Origin: Vitrella brassicaformis CCMP3155
Lineage: Eukaryota; Protista; Chromerida
Reading direction: 5' to 3'
DNA length: 64,000 bases
NCBI GenBank assembly: GCA_001179505.1
Contig: CDMY01000488.1
Coordinates: 62,001-126,000, forward strand
How positions within the stretch are numbered: the first letter of the stretch is position 1; every line of letters starts with the position of its first letter. Both the position numbers and the translations under genes were made by a program. The notes beneath the pieces were generated by a model that worked only from the letters and a program-made list of their open reading frames with translations, had not been told where the DNA came from and did not search any database. Positions 58,273 to 64,000 of this stretch are shown piece by piece.

Positions 58273-60218
58273 ATGACGATGCCAGCGTCGCTTTCCGACT
58301 GCCCATCTGTCGCGCGACTCATCAGCGACTGCGACGCATCACTCGACGCGCTTCGTGAGCAAGAGACCGGGGCCAGAGATGGCGCCAAGCAGCTGGCAGA
58401 GGAGATCATGGCTTCCGTGGCAGCCAAGGGCGGCGTGTGGCAGCCTCCCGAGACCACTGGCGAGGTGCTCGTCAACGCAGGTCAACACACGCAAGACGAC
58501 CTCAGTCGTGCGTTGATGTATGCACCGATGTGTCCTGTTGTCGTGTGTGCAATGCAGGCGGGGTGGTCTTTCCGGTGAGCCGTCGAGGCCTGCTGATGCC
58601 TCTCATGCGCAACCGATACATCTCGGTGTTGCTCATGCATTTCGCTGACGGCCTGCCCAGAGACTCAAACGGCCATATGTATCTGGAGGTGTCTAGCGCC
58701 TACTTCGACGCCTTCCTGGACGCGCTGACCCTCTACGAGACCGGCCGTGCGAACACGGTGACCCTCCTCGCACCCAAGGCAGCCGACCCCGCATACGCCG
58801 AGTACGACTCCCTCTTCATGCGCGAGGTCAAGGTCTTCTCCCCATCAGATGACCAGCAGCAGGCACCGCTCGATGCCGTTACGGCCAACACTGGAGGCGG
58901 CCAGCCATGGGATTCGACTGCGGCTCTGGATGAGGCCACCCAGCAGCACCTTGACGCTGCTCAGCGGTCGATTCGCGCCTATGCAAAGCCTCTCAAGACA
59001 CTGTGGCGGCTCAAGGAGGACATCAAGGCATTCCTGGCGGCCATGGAGCCCTTCATGAAGACACCTGAGGATGGCGACAAGGTGCTGCTGAGTGTGACCA
59101 TCCTCGGCCGGCAGGTGGTGATGATGAAGAGCACGCTGCTCCGGCTGGGCGCCAACCATCCGCTGCTCACGCGATTCTCCGAGTAAGGAGGGGGCAGAAG
59201 CGATTAATCGCTATGGATTTCTGTGTCCATTTGTGTGTGCAGCACCCCACCGAACTGGCCGGACCGACACATCCGACAGACGCCCGCCAAGCATTTCATT
59301 ACCACAGTGGAGTTTGCCAGGCGCATCGCGACCATGCCGCATTCGCAGCTCATCCACCCCCCACTGCTCGACGAGGGCGAGCGACGGCTGTGCATCGAGG
59401 ACATGGAGATGTACGGCATCGCCTACGCCCCGCTCTGCCATCTGCCACCCGGTGGCGAGTTCATCGTCAAGTCGTCAGAGGAGTGGGGGAGTGTGCTGGA
59501 CATGATCGACAAACCGGCATGCAGGGCGTCGCTTTTGTACAAGTGAGCTGGGCACTCACGAAGGCTCCATGGCGTCGAATGGAAGCAACTCACGGCTGGT
59601 TGATCAGGTCTAGCCGTGACGGTGGTGACTTCGGCACGATGATGGACAAGGTGGGCGATGCGAGCGGTCTGCTGTTCCTCATCAACCACAACGACACACA
59701 CCGATTCGGCGCCTTCGTCGACGGCCAACTCAAGCCGCCCGCTGACCCCACCCAGATCAGCGCCAACTACAAGGTGCAGCAGTTCCTCATTTCCATCAGC
59801 GGTGCATACCCCAAGATCACAAAGGTGCCCCTCCCCGAGGTTAGGCAGTGGGTGGGGGTCGCCGGCAGCGACGCCTCCATCAACGCCAGCAATACGGACT
59901 CACGTGGCAAGGTGGGTGGAGGTATACACAATTGGTGTCAGTGCAATGACTGGCACTGACCAGCTGACTGGTTGTCACGTGTCCTGTGTGCAGTTGTTTT
60001 TGGGTAACGGGTATCTGTGGTTTGCCTGGGCCAGCCCCGGCCCGGTAGATGACGTGCGCAGCATGACTCAGTGGATCAGGGAGAAGGACGACCTGCCCGA
60101 CGGCTACCTCGGCCAATTCAACGACCAAAACCACGGCACACTGGCGGCGGACTTGCATTTGACCGCCAAGGAGATCGAGGTATGGCAGGTGACGGGCGGC
60201 GGTGCGACGAGCGCGTGA
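58273..60218 (+). CDS. BTB/POZ (two copies) plus TLDc domain protein, copy B
   Basis: EVLVNAG|GVVFPVSRRGLL..LPRDSNGHMYLEVS, VTILGRQVVMMKSTLLRLGANHPLLTRF, LLYK|SSRDGGDFGTMMDKVGDASGLLFLINHNDTHRFGAFV..LTAKEIEVWQV. Junction phases were checked. Confidence 0.82.
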
Positions 60219-60644
60219 GTCAGGTGTCCCCATAGCCGCTGTGTTTGACCTGGCTGTACCACATCGTTCTGTCGGAAGATGGACCAACTCGATTTTTGCA
60301 AAGACAACTTCGTGTTTGTGCTCTCTGTGTCTCTGACGATGCAGCCGACGTGGTGGCCTGAATACCTTCACACACGTATTGGCCTACCTGAAGTGTCTGT
60401 GCGGTACGACTATATGTGGACGTGTTATGAGATCGATGAATGCTTAAGCTCAACTTCAGCAAACACGCGCACCCCTTTGTCTGTCTGACCTTTCGTCTTC
60501 TCTTCCCACATCCATCCACATAGCCTACCAACACGCCGCGCCCATCTGTGCGTGTGAAGCACTCACATGAATGCAACCAGTCGTCAGGGGCAGCCGAACC
60601 GAGCCGAGCCAAAACATTAAAACCACTTGATGCCCGCATGATGG

Positions 60645-62019
60645 TTATACCCCCACACCCCTACACACCCCCCGCCCTCCACCACCCGGCCGAGAGATAG
60701 AAGTGTCAGTGAAGGTGGCCGCAGTCATCGAGCCACCCGGCCCACTGTACAGACACCAAAGTGTGGAGGAGCTGAGCTGCCTGTCTATGGACAAGAGAGA
60801 GGCGACAAGGGCAGCTAGCACAACACAAAAGGCCAGCAGAAGGAAGCTGACGAGAGAGAGAGAGAGAGAGCGAGCGAACAACACAACAACGCGGGGGAGA
60901 GGAAGAGAGGGAAGAGACGACTTGCGAGAGGGTACTCACACGAGCAGACAGATGTGCCTGCGCCTGCCGGTCGGCAGCAGCGGCATCTGTTATGTCTAAA
61001 TGGTTACATATATATATACAGACACACATACACGTGAGCAATGGATGTTCCCGTCCTCCTGTCTGTCGGTCTGTCTGTCTGTACATAACCAAACAGCAAA
61101 TGGTCCCGTCCCCATTGCTCTGTGTGTGTGTGTGTGTGTGTGTGTGGTGCCCCGACCCCTTCCTACGCAACCAGACGAACCAAGAGGAAAACGGATAGAG
61201 TGTGACCGACCCTCCCACCCACACCAATCCATCGCTCCTCTGGGCGTGCTGCATGGTGTGTGGGGGTGTGTAAGTGTGGCTCTATCCAATGGCTCACTAA
61301 GTCCATCCATCCATCCATCCGTCTGGAGACACATACACACGTACGGCCAGGCAGGGAGGCAGGCAAGCGGGAAGCGAGCTAACACACACAGGGCGCCGAT
61401 CTCACACGGCATGAACTAATCATACCCTCCCTCTCCCCCTCACCCACACATCACTCACCGATAAAATGCCCACACGTCACGCAGTTGATTCACTCACTCA
61501 CTGACTATGCACTTCTTCCCCTTTTCTGAGCTCTTGATCGTCTGGAGGTAATCCTCTACCAGCCGGACAGGCACACGCGTCTTTGCCTTCTTGGCTGCCT
61601 GCCGGTCCTGCAGACACACAAACAAAGGGGTGCAGATGGATCGATGGCATCCATGTGTGGCGGGCAGGGCAGGCTGACCTTGGTGAGCTGCTGTGCTATT
61701 CTCTTGCTGTCGAGCCGGCGGCCGGCGAGTTCCTCTATCTGTTTCTTCTCCTCATCAGCCAGCTCCTCAGTTGACTCCCCGGCCTGTGTGTCGTGTGGAC
61801 AAGACACCAACGCACCAACATCCTCAAGCACACCACACCACAAGTGGACAGGCAGCCTCCCCGGCTGACCTTGAGGGTGGGTTCGCTGAAGCAGAATAGG
61901 ATGTCGCTCTCGGGCAGCACCATCGTGCCATTGCCCTGCCCGCCGGCGCCGGCCGTGGCGGATGCGGTCGGCGTCCTGGCAGGCTCATAGGGGTCCAACA
62001 ACGCTACGAGGCAATTCAT
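60645..62019 (-). CDS. Small multi-exon hypothetical protein, possible helix-turn-helix
   Basis: Phase-0 exons MNCLVALLDPYE..FSEPTLK|..DEEKKQIEELAGRRLDSKRIAQQLTK|DRQAAKKAKTRVPVRLVEDYLQTIK. The 3' exons are unresolved. Confidence 0.4.
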
Positions 62020-62240
62020 CTGAACGCATTGCTCTCTGGGGTCAGCAGCTGGGCTGGATGACAGAAGCTCTGGAGCTCACCGGCCGGGGATGAGTGGCTT
62101 GAAGCAAGGCAGCTGCAAGTTAACACGTCGCTCAGGCCGACAGACCACCACGACACACGCGAATACACCTGGACTGGACGTGCTTGCCTGCCTGCAGCCC
62201 AGCCTGTAGTGCACACCAACCAGCGACGCGCACGACGACA

Positions 62241-63761
62241 ATGAATGAGTCCGCCCAGAGATCTGGCGGATGGTGGGCGAGGCCGTGCATGCTGCCAGTC
62301 ATGGAGGCCACGGCAAGGGGAAAAGCTCTGGAGCCGATCGGGCGTGCGAGCTTGAAGCCAAAGATCTTGCGAGGCTGTCTGCCTTGTGTTGGGTGTAAAA
62401 CGATGGGTGGCGCCCTTCCAAGTGGCCAAAAGATCACTCATCCTTGATCTCTGTAGCTGAGAGCGTGTGAGCAGACCTTCCCGTTTGTCTGCCTGCCTGC
62501 CGTGGCAGGGCCGTGCAATCATGGGGGTACTCGCACTGAGGACACTGGTCTGTAAGCAGACATGAACATGAAACAGAGTTGGATGATAACGCTCTTCGTG
62601 AGTGTGGTGTTTGTGTTGTTTTGTGTTGCTGCAGCGTTGTTTGCTCATCTACGCAGATGACCCCATGAACGCAGGATGCATCGCCCTCCGCCGCAGCCGC
62701 GTGGACGACATCATTGACAAACTCCACTCACACGGCCTGCCAGGTCGGCCAGCCAGGAGTCTGCCCTGACAGACAGACAGACAGACAGACAGATGGCTGT
62801 CACGGTCTGGTTCTTCAGTCGACTCGTGGGACGCTGCGGCTCTCAATCTGCCGAGGGGGCTGCTTAGAGGCAACTATGACGCTGTGCTGCTGTGGACAGG
62901 TGAGGGGACGAAATGCAGTGAATTGAGGGTGAATGAGCCCAATCTATCGTATGTTTCATCAGCTGACGACACTTTCTGTGATCGCAAGCGGCTCGGTGAC
63001 GAGCTGGCCGACTATGTCGATGCAGGAGGGTGCGCAACACCCCCAGCCACACACACACAGAGACAGAGGAACAATCCTGTTCGTTCTGCTCTCCTGTTGG
63101 TTGCTGGTATGGGTGCATGGGATGACTGCAGTGGTGTGGTGTGCATGTACGTGGAGCCGGGCACGCAGCCGTCCGGCAGGTGGCTGCGGGAGGAGTATCA
63201 TCCCCTCGAGCACGTATCCATCACCACTGGGCGGCACCTCGGCATCGGCAAGATACACAGAGGCCAACACCCAATACTGAGCGGTGGGTGCGGTGAGCAC
63301 CCATATATCCATCTGCCTACGAGATTGATGAGATGGATTGAATGCACTGCCTGTGAGTAGGTGTGGGCGACTTTCGTGGCGGCCGTCAGTCGTGGCACAA
63401 CGTGGGAGTCTTGAGGCCTTCAGCGAGAAGGATAGCAGACTGGACAGATGGGGTGCCGGTGAGTGAGCTACACATGCCATGCAGGTGGCCGCATGTTGCA
63501 CATCACATCCCTCTCTGCCTCTTCAGTTCCTCGCCGAATCACGGGACACACGGGTCGTCTTCCTCAACTTCTACCCCTGTAAGTACGGCACACAAAAGAC
63601 GGGATCAGCAGCTTGAGTGACAATGATCCGCCCGTGTGTGTGGTGTGTTGTATGCAGGTTCCTCCGACCTGCATCCTGGCTACTGGGACTCGTCGGGCGA
63701 CGGGACGCGTCTGATAGCCAACGCGCTGTGCTACGCCGCCAGGCGGACACACCTCATATGA
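62241..63761 (+). CDS. Hypothetical alpha/beta protein, possibly class-I glutamine-amidotransferase-like fold
   Basis: Exons from about 62657: RVDDIIDKLHSHGLP|VDSWDAA..NYDAVLLWT, ..KRLGDELADYVDAGG|GVVCMY..GRWLREEYHPL, ..RVVFLNFYP, SSDLHPGYWDSSGDGTRLIANALCYAA. The start codon and some phases are uncertain; the fold call is from memory. Confidence 0.55.
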
Positions 63762-64000
63762 GTGTGTTTGACGATGAGAATGGCTTTTTGCCTCCGTGAG
63801 TGTACATTAGGGCGGTCTCTTTGTCTGTGAGTGGTGTGGTGCCATCTTGAGCGTAGTTGTGGCTATGTGGATGGACACGATTGACCCGATCAACAACTGT
63901 TGGTAGATGCGATTGATGTGTGTGGTCTGTCACTCAATGCATGCATCGCATCGCTAGCCGCCCCGCCCGTGCAGTCAGTGCACGACAGATGGATGACGGC

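Noticed and set aside
1-64000. Transposon, retroelement, tRNA or rRNA
   Set aside because: No RT, transposase or integrase motifs, terminal repeats, cloverleaf or rRNA signatures recognised by eye; a tRNAscan/Infernal run would be needed to exclude small RNAs.

Overview
Gene-dense, intron-rich eukaryotic nuclear DNA, GC-rich, with short GT-AG introns full of CA/GT, GGAT and CAGG microsatellites and three 300-N scaffold gaps. An ApiAP2 factor plus a nuclear psaE with a bipartite signal+transit leader point to a chromerid alga, most likely Vitrella brassicaformis (inference). I spliced about 22 protein genes by hand, so exon boundaries and several start codons are approximate. In order: giant secreted Sushi/mucin protein, RRM protein, Med20-like, scramblase, psaE, glutathione peroxidase, KNL1-like coiled-coil protein, hypothetical, 2OG-Fe(II) oxygenase, CNX1-type MoeA-MogA fusion, CAP/SCP, VAP, F-box-like, PUB, UBL-IPT, TYW3-kelch, BTB-TLDc, ApiAP2, F-box-like, BTB-TLDc paralog, hypothetical, class-I-GAT-like. 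The best-supported hidden signal is that the GPx is a selenoprotein: it has an in-frame TGA at the catalytic position (20585-20587) and a form-II SECIS in the 3' UTR (21574-21624), and it sits head-to-head with psaE. Other notable features: 20 of 22 genes lie in divergent pairs, often with an AGATCT palindrome near the start codon; candidate KNL1 and Med20 orthologues; an unrecognised 4x repeat in the Sushi protein; a ubiquitin-like fold split by two insertions; and a recent BTB-TLDc duplication. No rRNA, tRNA, CRISPR or transposon could be supported.
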